Notes under the pieces: model-generated
Told to the model about the DNA's origin: nothing
The model's input: the letters and a program-made list of their open reading frames with translations, nothing else
Database searches by the model: none
Program-made: the position numbers and the translations under genes
Assembly (NCBI GenBank): GCA_022710895.1
Contig: JAKLGB010000001.1
Span: 17,446-67,100 of the forward strand
Length of the DNA: 49,655 bases
Source: Bacillota bacterium
GTDB taxonomy: Bacteria; Bacillota_I; Bacilli_A; Izemoplasmatales; Hujiaoplasmataceae
Reading direction: 5' to 3'
In this document: one piece after another, positions 40,730-48,210 of the stretch
How the letters are laid out: every line of letters begins with the position of its first letter
Numbering within the stretch: position 1 is the first letter of the stretch

Positions 40730-42132
40730 TCCCAAACATGAATGGCTTCTCCTTGAAGAGAGAGCGCAGCTTCATGGATCAATTCCGACACGGTCGGGTG
40801 GGCAAAAACGGTGTGTTTGATCTCCTCGGCGGAAAGACCGCTATGCATCGCCACGGTCAAAGTGGCGATCAAGGCGTTGGCATGGGCTCCCATGACGGTG
40901 GCGCCGACCCAACGACCGGTCTCTTCATCGCAGAGGACCTTAACGAAACCGGTTAACTCGTTTTCGATCAAGGCTTTGCCATTGGAACCGTAGGGGATTT
41001 TGACGACTCGGAACCGAGTCCCGGTTTCCGTAAGCGATTTTTCCGTCGCTCCCACTTGAGCGATTTCGGGGGTTGTGAAAATGACCGAAGGAATAAAACG
41101 ATAATCCATCGGGTGATCCAACCCAAGAATGTCATCGACCGCGACAATGGCCTGATGGCTGGCGACATGGGCCAACTGCATGAGATTCGTGCAATCGCCG
41201 ATGGCATGAATATGCGGTAAATTGGTGCGCATGCGGGCGTCGACGGCAATTCCGCCGTTCTTCCCGCGTTCGAGGCCGATTCGTTCCCAACCGAACCCGG
41301 ACAATTCCGGGCCGCGGCCGACGGCTTCGAGAACTCGGTCACCTTCGACGGTTTTGACGACTCCTTGATGTTCATAGGTCACGGTCGCGGTTCCGGCGGG
41401 TGTCGAGGCGACCGATAGCACTTTGGCCCCGTTGACCACGGTCACGTTGGACGCTTTTCCCAATCGAACCAGACGAGTGGCTATATCGGCATCGACCGAG
41501 GGCAAAATTTGGGGCAGAAACTCCAACACCTGAACCTTGACCCCCAAACGACCGAACAGAAAGGCAAATTCCATCCCGATGACTCCCCCGCCGATGACGA
41601 CGAGACGTTGAGGGAGTGAGGACCATTGCAAAACGCCTTCGGAATCGGTGACCAAAGGCGACTCCAAACCGGGGATGGGAAGATGCTTGGTTTTCGACCC
41701 GGTGGCGATGACGATCTGCGAAGGGCGTAGCGTTTCGACCCCGGATTCCATTCGCACTTGAACCGTCCGTTCATCGAGGAATTCAGCGGTCCCTTCCAAA
41801 ATTTGGACCCCATTTTTCTCCAACAACAGCCGAATTCCGGATCGTAAGGTATCAACGGTTTTATCTTTTTGCGCTTGAACCATCGGCCAATCCAAGATCG
41901 GATCAGTCGAAATGACCCCAAATCGGGATGCAGTCCGGACGGTTTCCCATCGATCGGCGGCATGAATGAGCGCTTTGGTCGGGATGCAGCCGGCATTCAG
42001 GCAGGTTCCCCCGATCCACCGTTTTTCCACCAGAATCACGGATAACCCTTTTTTGGCGGCGTAAATGGCTCCGGCGTAACCTCCGGGTCCACCGCCGATA
42101 AATAAAACGTCTTTTCCTGGCTCGGTCGTCAC
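40726..42132 (-). CDS. lpdA: dihydrolipoyl dehydrogenase-type flavoprotein disulfide reductase (orphan, no E1/E2 nearby)
   Basis: GGGPGGYAGAIYAA, redox CxxxxC in GGTCLNAGCIPTK, and C-terminal FAHPTVSE. The start is set at GTG 42132 (AGGAGG 8 nt upstream) because the promoter -10 at 42211-42216 puts the TSS near the ORF-track ATG at 42204. Confidence 0.88.
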   Translation of the reverse strand: MTTEPGKDVLFIGGGPGGYAGAIYAAKKGLSVILVEKRWIGGTCLNAGCIPTKALIHAADRWETVRTASRFGVISTDPILDWPMVQAQKDKTVDTLRSGIRLLLEKNGVQILEGTAEFLDERTVQVRMESGVETLRPSQIVIATGSKTKHLPIPGLESPLVTDSEGVLQWSSLPQRLVVIGGGVIGMEFAFLFGRLGVKVQVLEFLPQILPSVDADIATRLVRLGKASNVTVVNGAKVLSVASTPAGTATVTYEHQGVVKTVEGDRVLEAVGRGPELSGFGWERIGLERGKNGGIAVDARMRTNLPHIHAIGDCTNLMQLAHVASHQAIVAVDDILGLDHPMDYRFIPSVIFTTPEIAQVGATEKSLTETGTRFRVVKIPYGSNGKALIENELTGFVKVLCDEETGRWVGATVMGAHANALIATLTVAMHSGLSAEEIKHTVFAHPTVSELIHEAALSLQGEAIHVWE

Positions 42133-42210
42133 GATGGCTTCCTCCTGAAAAAAAGTCGCAGCTGCAACGGTGCAGTCTGCAACGGATTTTCGTGATTCGT
42201 TCATGATGGC

Positions 42211-42239
42211 ATTATATCAAAAACCGGCCGGCAAGTCAA
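42211..42239 (-). promoter_or_regulatory. sigma-A promoter of lpdA operon (TTGACT-17-TGaTATAAT)
   Basis: Minus strand reads TTGACT tgccggccggtttttga TATAAT. Confidence 0.75.
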
Positions 42240-42273
42240 TTCCAAGGCCGGAAAAACCATCGTCACATTCAAA

Positions 42274-42300
42274 TTAGCACTCAGCACTTGACAGTGCTAA
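42274..42300. promoter_or_regulatory. CIRCE operator (HrcA site) upstream of clpB
   Basis: TTAGCACTC-agcacttga-CAGTGCTAA; 17/18 arm positions match. Confidence 0.85.
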
Positions 42301-42316
42301 CAAATAGAAGTATAAT
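42288..42316 (+). promoter_or_regulatory. consensus sigma-A promoter of clpB (TTGACA-17-TATAAT)
   Basis: TTGACA (42288-42293) lies inside the CIRCE spacer/right arm; TATAAT at 42311-42316. Confidence 0.8.
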
Positions 42317-42346
42317 AATTACGAAATCACATTCGGAGGTGAAACC

Positions 42347-44467
42347 ATGAATAATCCCGAAATGGAACAATACGAAAACGATCCCGAAATTCTCGAAAAA
42401 TTCGGTCGAAACATCATCAAAGAAGTTAAATCCGGCAAGATCGATCCCGTGATCGGACGCGAAGAGGAAATCCGGCGAATCATCAAAATTCTCAGCCGGA
42501 AAACCAAGAACAACCCCGTTTTGATCGGGGAACCCGGCGTCGGAAAAACCGCCATCATCGAAGGACTCGCCCGCCGCATCGTGGACCGCGATGTTCCGCT
42601 CGGCTTGCAAAACAAAACTCTTTACGAACTCGATTTGGCCAGCTTGCTGGCGGGGGCGAAATACCGCGGAGAATTTGAAGAACGGTTGAAAGCGGTTCTC
42701 AAAAAAATCAAGGATTCCGAGGGAGAAATCATCCTCTTTATCGACGAAATCCATATGATCGTCGGCGCCGGAAGAACCGATGGGGCAATGGATGCATCGA
42801 ACATGCTGAAACCCATGCTTTCTCGCGGCGAGTTGCACTGCATCGGCGCCACCACTCTCAACGAATATCGAAAATACATTGAAAAAGACAACGCTTTGGA
42901 ACGTCGTTTCCAAAAAGTCCAAATCGACGAACCGACCGTCGAAGACACGATTTCGATCCTTAGGGGATTGAAGGACCGCTTCGAAGCTCATCACGGTGTC
43001 CACATCAGCGATGCCGCGATCATCGCCGCCGCCACGCTGTCCCAAAGGTACATCACCGAGCGTTTTCTCCCCGACAAAGCCATCGATCTGATCGACGAAG
43101 CCTGTGCTTCCGTTCGTATCGAGATGGACTCGATGCCGGCCGAATTGGACGGAGTCCGACGGAAAATCATGCAGCTGGAAATCGAGAAACGGGCGTTGGC
43201 CAAAGAATCCGATCCGTTAAGTAAAGATCGTCTCGGCAAAATCGAATCCGAACTCAAAGACTTGCGCCATCAGGAAACCACACTCAAGGATCAATGGGAG
43301 CGGGAAAAAGCCCAGATGGATCGGGTCAAAAAGTACAAGTCCGAACTGGAACGTCTCAAGACCGAAATGCAGAACGCCCTGAACAAAAACGATTATTCGG
43401 CCGTGGCGGAACTCCAATATTCTCGGATTCCGGCATTGGAAAAACAAATCAACAATGAAGCCGATCCTTCGGCTCACAAACTGATCAGCGAAGTGATCAC
43501 CGAGGAGGACATCGCCGAAATCGTCGGACGCTGGACCCAGATCCCGGTGGCGAAGTTGATGCAGGGGGATCGAGAAAAACTGATGGGGCTTGCCGACGAA
43601 CTGCGAAAACGCGTCATTGGACAGGACAACGCCATTCAGTTGGTGGCGGATGCGATCATCCGCCAGCGGGCCGGAATCAAAGATGCGTTCCGACCGATCG
43701 GTTCCTTTATGTTTCTCGGACCCACCGGCGTCGGGAAAACCGAGGTGGCGAAATCGCTGGCCGAACAACTTTTCGCTTCGGAAACCCACATCGTGCGCAT
43801 CGATATGAGTGAGTATATGGAATCCCACTCGGTTTCCCGCCTGATCGGAGCTCCTCCCGGATATGTCGGTTACGATGAGGGAGGACAATTGACCGAGGCG
43901 ATCCGCCGCAAGCCTTATTCGATCATCCTGTTTGACGAGATCGAAAAAGCTCATCCTCAAGTCTTCAACATCCTCCTGCAAATCCTAGATGACGGTCGAT
44001 TGACGGATAACCAAGGCCGCACCGTCGACTTCAAAAATACCATCATCATCATGACTTCGAACCTTGGCAGCGAATACTTGATGCGCGATCCCGACAATGG
44101 CGGGACCCTGGTAATGGACTTGGTCAAACGGACTTTCAAACCCGAGTTTCTGAACCGCATCGACGAAATCATTCTTTTCCGCCCGTTATCCAAAGATACG
44201 CAAATCAAGATCGTCGACAAACTCCTTGGCGAATTTCGAACCCGACTCGAAAGTCAAAACCTGCATCTTTCCTTCACGGATGACCTTCGCAAGGCGATCA
44301 TCGACAACGCCTTTGACCCCGAATACGGAGCGCGGCCGATCAAACGCTACATCCAGCACCACGTCGAAACTTTCGTCGCCCGTGCCATCATCGGCGGCGA
44401 GATTCTTCCGCGGATCGATTATGTCCTCGACTTCCGCAACGGTGAGCTCGCCCTGTTCCGTGCATGA
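42347..44467 (+). CDS. clpB: ClpB-type AAA+ disaggregase lacking the N-terminal domain
   Basis: Two AAA modules ([10 protein letters not shown] at aa 61-70; GPTGVGKTE), a coiled-coil M-domain between them ([19 protein letters not shown]...), and no ClpP-loop tripeptide noticed. GGAGGT SD. Confidence 0.93.
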   Translation: MNNPEMEQYENDPEILEKFGRNIIKEVKSGKIDPVIGREEEIRRIIKILSRKTKNNPVLIGEPGVGKTAIIEGLARRIVDRDVPLGLQNKTLYELDLASLLAGAKYRGEFEERLKAVLKKIKDSEGEIILFIDEIHMIVGAGRTDGAMDASNMLKPMLSRGELHCIGATTLNEYRKYIEKDNALERRFQKVQIDEPTVEDTISILRGLKDRFEAHHGVHISDAAIIAAATLSQRYITERFLPDKAIDLIDEACASVRIEMDSMPAELDGVRRKIMQLEIEKRALAKESDPLSKDRLGKIESELKDLRHQETTLKDQWEREKAQMDRVKKYKSELERLKTEMQNALNKNDYSAVAELQYSRIPALEKQINNEADPSAHKLISEVITEEDIAEIVGRWTQIPVAKLMQGDREKLMGLADELRKRVIGQDNAIQLVADAIIRQRAGIKDAFRPIGSFMFLGPTGVGKTEVAKSLAEQLFASETHIVRIDMSEYMESHSVSRLIGAPPGYVGYDEGGQLTEAIRRKPYSIILFDEIEKAHPQVFNILLQILDDGRLTDNQGRTVDFKNTIIIMTSNLGSEYLMRDPDNGGTLVMDLVKRTFKPEFLNRIDEIILFRPLSKDTQIKIVDKLLGEFRTRLESQNLHLSFTDDLRKAIIDNAFDPEYGARPIKRYIQHHVETFVARAIIGGEILPRIDYVLDFRNGELALFRA

Positions 44468-44470
44468 ATC

Positions 44471-44506
44471 AAAAACGCCTTCCCGATTTTGCGGGAAGGC
44501 GTTTTC
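44471..44506. terminator. bidirectional intrinsic terminator between clpB and the S-component-like gene
   Basis: AAAACGCCTTCCC-gattttgc-GGGAAGGCGTTTT. Confidence 0.85.
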
Positions 44507-44520
44507 CATCAATGTTGCTT

Positions 44521-45069
44521 TCAAAGGGTGATTTCCGGTGATTCCGAAGAACCCCAAAGGGACTTTAACAAACGGCTGAGCGGCAGATAGAGCAGGGAAA
44601 CCGATACGAGGTTCGAGGCAGCCATCAACACTTCAAATTCCAAATCGGCCGCAAGATAGAGCCAAAAGTCGACACGGAACACAATCACCTGGGGAATCGC
44701 GAAAAACCAACCGTAGAGAAACCCGAAGAATGTGGCCCAGGCTACTTGTGCCCATAACGGTTTGGATCGCAGCCACTTCGCGATCACGGCGAGCAGTACC
44801 CAGGCAACCAACATCGGAACAAAATAGATGACATTGAGAGATCCCATCAGGAAGTTGTCCAAAAATACATATGCCCCGACCAATGGCAGCAATAAACTCC
44901 ACGGAAGAACTGCGGCATATACCAACAACAAAACAACCGTCAGTTGGACATTGGGGATTCCCATCAACAGATATTCCTGTGCGAGCAGAACCGAAAGCAG
45001 CATCGCCGTGACCACCAGGTCGCGAAGCGTCCGTCGGGAAGAATCAGAAGGTTTCAAGCTTAAAGGCAT
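44521..45069 (-). CDS. small 5-6 TM membrane protein, ECF-transporter S-component-like (candidate cobalamin-specific)
   Basis: 182 aa, very hydrophobic, with a basic N-terminus (SRRTLRDL) before TM1. It overlaps the end of the riboswitch-controlled DUF4430 gene by 26 nt. Confidence 0.5.
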   Translation of the reverse strand: MPLSLKPSDSSRRTLRDLVVTAMLLSVLLAQEYLLMGIPNVQLTVVLLLVYAAVLPWSLLLPLVGAYVFLDNFLMGSLNVIYFVPMLVAWVLLAVIAKWLRSKPLWAQVAWATFFGFLYGWFFAIPQVIVFRVDFWLYLAADLEFEVLMAASNLVSVSLLYLPLSRLLKSLWGSSESPEITL

Positions 45070-45472
45070 ATACGTATCCGTCGGTCAAGGGCGTTTGATC
45101 GATTCCGGTCATCGCATAACCGGCGTTGATGTACATGGCAATGTACTCGTTCGATCCGAACGCGGTCACGGTATCGACGGCCATGATATAGGTTCCGTAG
45201 GTGGATTGAAAGGAACACGTTTCATCCTGTCCCCCATCCGAACCCTTACAGACAACGTCATAGGTTTCCATGAGCAGGCCCAACAGCGTATCTCCGGCCG
45301 AATAAGCCACGGTTTCCGATCGAACCAAGCGATTCCCCGTATCATAGACTTCGAGGGTGATCGATCCCAATACGGCGTCGGAAGATGATGCAGTGGAATT
45401 GATGGTGGAATCACAAGCGCTGAAACCAAATGCAAAAACGGTGAAAAGTATGATGCCCAGTACTTTTTTCAT
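45044..45472 (-). CDS. DUF4430-type (transcobalamin-like) lipoprotein
   Basis: Lipobox in MKKVLGIILFTVFAFGFSAC. C-terminal segment GTYIMAVDTV..YIAMYINAGYAMTGIDQTPLTDGYVYAFKL is typical of DUF4430. GGGAGAGGA SD. Confidence 0.72.
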   Translation of the reverse strand: MKKVLGIILFTVFAFGFSACDSTINSTASSSDAVLGSITLEVYDTGNRLVRSETVAYSAGDTLLGLLMETYDVVCKGSDGGQDETCSFQSTYGTYIMAVDTVTAFGSNEYIAMYINAGYAMTGIDQTPLTDGYVYAFKLETF

Positions 45473-45500
45473 AGGTCCTCTCCCTATTTTTATTTGATAA

Positions 45501-45633
45501 ACAGGTAGGTCTCCCGACTCGGTTTCGATTTACTCCGCCCCTTCTCGCTTGCGCAATGGGCTTGGCGTTTCATCCACCTTACGGTTGCTGGCACAGTCCC
45601 GGATTCGCACCGGATTCCCTGTTATGCACCTGT
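45501..45633 (-). promoter_or_regulatory. cobalamin (B12) riboswitch aptamer
   Basis: Minus-strand RNA: ACAGGTGCATAACAGGGAATCCGGTGCGAATCCGGGGACTGTGCCAGCAACCGTAAGG...GAGTCGGGAGACCTACCTGT. It has the conserved core (GGGAA..GGTG.GAATCC..CTGTGCC.GCAACCGTAA), a B12-box-like AGTCGGGAGACCTACC, and P1 ACAGGT/ACCTGT. The ATG follows 28 nt after the aptamer. Confidence 0.85.
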
Positions 45634-45654
45634 CAATCATCGTTATTTAATTTT

Positions 45655-46293
45655 TTATCGGGGGGATTGCGTTGCTCTCGCTTTTCGGACGTACCGAAAA
45701 GCTCCGAAGTCCCTTTCCAATGTCTCCACGGAATAGTTCCAATATTCAAAATCAAGAATTTTAAACGGCAAAAGGCGGACTTGATGACGGTTTCTTTCAA
45801 TCCATTCGACAAATCCCCACGAAAATGCCGCCAGACATTCGATGGAATCCTCGTTGGAAGGATTCGGGAAAGATACCAGAAAGGTATGTATTTCCCGACT
45901 CAACTTGGCATACCCTCGCAGATCGGAAAACCGGGCGGAAAATAGTTCTGCAGGATGGCCGAAAGCCGAAAAGGGAAAACTCTTTTCCCGCAGAAAAGCG
46001 GGAACATCGACACTTTTTTCGTTCATCGCCACGACCATGTCGTCCACTTGAGAAAAGTATTTGGAGGTTGTTGTCTGGATGAAAGCCACCAGGTTACGGT
46101 AGGAATGTTTGAGGGGGGTCTCCACCCGTGCATGCATAAACGGGAACCCAAGCCCCGAATCAATGTCAAAAAGGGCGGATTTGGCGACTTCGAATCCGAC
46201 CTTTTCCGGCGAGGTGATCTCGCCGTAATCGACATTGAGCAAACAGTCTTCTTCAAGCAGGGAGAAAGGAACGCTGATACGACCTTTTTCCAT
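45655..46293 (-). CDS. hypothetical cytoplasmic protein (212 aa, no family recognised)
   Basis: ATG at 46293 has an AAAGGAGGGG SD and its own promoter. The upstream part of the ORF-track ORF overlaps that promoter and copZ. Confidence 0.6.
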   Translation of the reverse strand: MEKGRISVPFSLLEEDCLLNVDYGEITSPEKVGFEVAKSALFDIDSGLGFPFMHARVETPLKHSYRNLVAFIQTTTSKYFSQVDDMVVAMNEKSVDVPAFLREKSFPFSAFGHPAELFSARFSDLRGYAKLSREIHTFLVSFPNPSNEDSIECLAAFSWGFVEWIERNRHQVRLLPFKILDFEYWNYSVETLERDFGAFRYVRKARATQSPR

Positions 46294-46321
46294 ACGATCC
46301 CCTCCTTTTCGACTAAGGTTA

Positions 46322-46349
46322 ATTATACTAGAAATGCTGGTTTTTGCAA
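46322..46349 (-). promoter_or_regulatory. sigma-A promoter of the 212-aa gene (TTGCAA-16-TATAAT)
   Basis: Minus strand reads TTGCAA aaaccagcatttctag TATAAT. Confidence 0.6.
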
Positions 46350-46372
46350 GACCTCGGGGATGGAAAACGGGA

Positions 46373-46594
46373 TTATCGTCCCGCGTCCTCCATCGACAGG
46401 GCTTGATAACCGGCTTCATCGATCCATTTCCGGACCGAATCAAAATCGATTCCCCGGGTACTTTCGATGATGGCGGTCCCGGTGGAAAGGTCGACTTCGG
46501 CGCGGACAATTTCGCGATGGGTGAGAAGCGCGGCTTTGACGCGTTTTTGGCAGTGCATACAACTCATGCCTTGGATGTGGATGATTTGTTTCAT
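46373..46594 (-). CDS. copZ: heavy-metal-associated (HMA) domain copper chaperone
   Basis: MKQIIHIQGMSCMHCQKRV carries the GMxCxxC motif. 73 aa with the expected ferredoxin-like length. Confidence 0.85.
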   Translation of the reverse strand: MKQIIHIQGMSCMHCQKRVKAALLTHREIVRAEVDLSTGTAIIESTRGIDFDSVRKWIDEAGYQALSMEDAGR

Positions 46595-46617
46595 GGTATC
46601 CCTTCTTTCCGGCTTTT

Positions 46618-46646
46618 ATTATAACACGGGGCGTCTTCGGGGTCAA
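46618..46646 (-). promoter_or_regulatory. sigma-A promoter of copZ (TTGACC-17-TGtTATAAT)
   Basis: Minus strand reads TTGACC ccgaagacgccccgtgt TATAAT. Confidence 0.7.
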
Positions 46647-46659
46647 AAACGCCGACTCG

Positions 46660-46693
46660 GAAAAGAAAAAATCCTGACCGCCCGGTCAGGATT
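46660..46693 (-). terminator. intrinsic terminator after the NYN gene
   Basis: Minus strand reads ATCCTGACC-gggc-GGTCAGGAT followed by TTTTTCTTTTCC. It overlaps the stop codon. Confidence 0.8.
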
Positions 46694-47540
46694 TCGCATT
46701 GGGAACTTTCTTCTCTTTTTTTCGAATCAGATAAAGGACTTCCGCGCCTTTGGTGTTGCCTTGGGTGGTCTTTCCTTTTTCAAATTCGGGAAGATCCTGA
46801 AGGATGTTGTCAATCAGGAATTTCAAGGATTTGCAATGATAGTTTTTGGGAACGAAGTCCGAGAACTTGTTTTTCATGTCCGTTCCGATTTGGCTGTAAT
46901 AGGCTTTTCCATACTCGTCGATGAGCGTCTCGATGATTTCGCGAATCGCATCCATCCGTTCTTCCTCCAAGGGAATAAACTCGTTGGCTTTGGGCTTGAC
47001 CGGAGCGGAAACGGGAGCGGGTTCGGGTTTTTTGATTTCCAACGGTTTCGTTTCGGGGGCTTTGACGATGGGAGTATCTTCGGTCTTGGCATGTCCGTTC
47101 TCGGTGATGTCTTCTCCCAGATAGATGAATTCGCTGAAGGCGTAAACAAAGGATTTGATCGATGTTCTGCCTCCCATACCGATCACCGTTTTCCCCCGCT
47201 CGCGAAGTTCCTGAACCAAACGCGTGAAATCCGAATCGCTGGAAACAAGACAAAAGATGTCGACTTCGCGTTCATAGAGGATATTCATCGCTTGGATAAC
47301 CATGGCAATGTCGGAGGTGTTCTTTTTGGGAACGAAGGAAAAAGTCTGGTTGGAGACGATCGAGTAATTGGAGATCGCGGTTTTCCAGCTTTTGACGGCT
47401 TCGTTGGACCAATCGGCAAAAATCTGTCGGATGATGACTTCCCCGTAGGTCGACATGGTGTCGAAAATCTGCCGGGCGTTGGCCGAGTTTACGTTTTCGG
47501 CGTCGATCAGGATCGCTACTTTTTTATTCGAATTTTCCAT
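46686..47540 (-). CDS. NYN (LabA-like) nuclease domain protein with C-terminal OST-HTH/LOTUS domain
   Basis: KVAILIDAENV, DIAMVIQAM and CLVSSDSDFTRLVQELRERGKTVIG (NYN acidic residues). A P/K-rich linker follows, then a LOTUS-like helical domain (IREIIETLIDEYGKAYYSQIG). GAGGAGG SD. Confidence 0.82.
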   Translation of the reverse strand: MENSNKKVAILIDAENVNSANARQIFDTMSTYGEVIIRQIFADWSNEAVKSWKTAISNYSIVSNQTFSFVPKKNTSDIAMVIQAMNILYEREVDIFCLVSSDSDFTRLVQELRERGKTVIGMGGRTSIKSFVYAFSEFIYLGEDITENGHAKTEDTPIVKAPETKPLEIKKPEPAPVSAPVKPKANEFIPLEEERMDAIREIIETLIDEYGKAYYSQIGTDMKNKFSDFVPKNYHCKSLKFLIDNILQDLPEFEKGKTTQGNTKGAEVLYLIRKKEKKVPNAKS

Positions 47541-47558
47541 GGGTCCTCCTCGGGACGA

Positions 47559-48176
47559 TTATCGAATTTCGGCTTGAAGCAACTCATAAAAACGGGCGGC
47601 GTGTTCCCCGTCACACAATCCGTGATGGGCCATTACGGATACGGGAATCCATCTTCTTCCCTCGGATGAGCGGTGTTTTCCCCAGGTGATCCGCGGAAAG
47701 GAATCGGGATGGGCAGCGTCATAGGGATGGGTTACCGAGGTAAATGAGACCCACCGAAGCGAGGATACATAAATCAAATCGTCCACTCCGGGGGCATCGG
47801 ACAAATCGACTTTCGATTTCGAAACATCGATGTCTTGACGAACCCGCAGAAGGAAAGTGTTCAGATCCGCATCGTAGCGGGTGGTCACGAATCGAAAGAG
47901 GTGTTCCGCTGTCATCACCGTAAAGGACGGATGGACCACATCGTGAAGAACGACCGAATCTCCGCGGATCCGATAACGAAATTCGGGAATGGAGTTGATG
48001 GTTTTCATGACCGAATAGAGAAACCGGGCGAAAAAGGACTCCCCGGTGGTTTCGCATTCGGCGACCAGTCGGGTGACCTCGACGTCGGCGCAAATGGAAA
48101 AATACGGATGTGAATAACTTTGAAACAATCGGAAATGATCCCGTCGTTCCCAAGTCTCGATGTCGACGACTCGCAT
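47559..48176 (-). CDS. chloramphenicol-acetyltransferase (CAT, type A) family protein
   Basis: Colinear with classical CAT: WERRDHFRLFQ, PEFRYRI, VHPSFTV, SLRWVSFTS, PRITWGK, and catalytic HHGLCDGEH. ATG at 48176 has a GAGGTGG SD downstream of its promoter. Confidence 0.82.
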   Translation of the reverse strand: MRVVDIETWERRDHFRLFQSYSHPYFSICADVEVTRLVAECETTGESFFARFLYSVMKTINSIPEFRYRIRGDSVVLHDVVHPSFTVMTAEHLFRFVTTRYDADLNTFLLRVRQDIDVSKSKVDLSDAPGVDDLIYVSSLRWVSFTSVTHPYDAAHPDSFPRITWGKHRSSEGRRWIPVSVMAHHGLCDGEHAARFYELLQAEIR

Positions 48177-48210
48177 CCGTTCCACCTCGCATTCGCTGGA
48201 TTCTGTTTTC

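Noticed and set aside
42205-42273. CtsR operator upstream of clpB
   Set aside because: The only GGTCAAA-like element (AGTCAAT) is the reverse of the lpdA -35 box and has no tandem second repeat.
42281-43981. Two 254-aa minus-strand ORFs inside clpB
   Set aside because: They lie opposite a high-confidence AAA+ gene. One would start inside the clpB promoter/CIRCE region, and neither has translation signals.
46595-46660. CopY or CsoR operator at the copZ promoter
   Set aside because: No TACAnnTGTA and no GC-rich inverted repeat are present. I see only direct CGGGG repeats and a weak 5-bp inverted repeat.
46467-47669. 400-aa plus-strand ORF
   Set aside because: It is antisense to copZ, the NYN-LOTUS gene and the CAT-like gene, all of which have SDs, promoters and terminators. 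Its sequence is G/F/D/R-rich with no recognisable domain.
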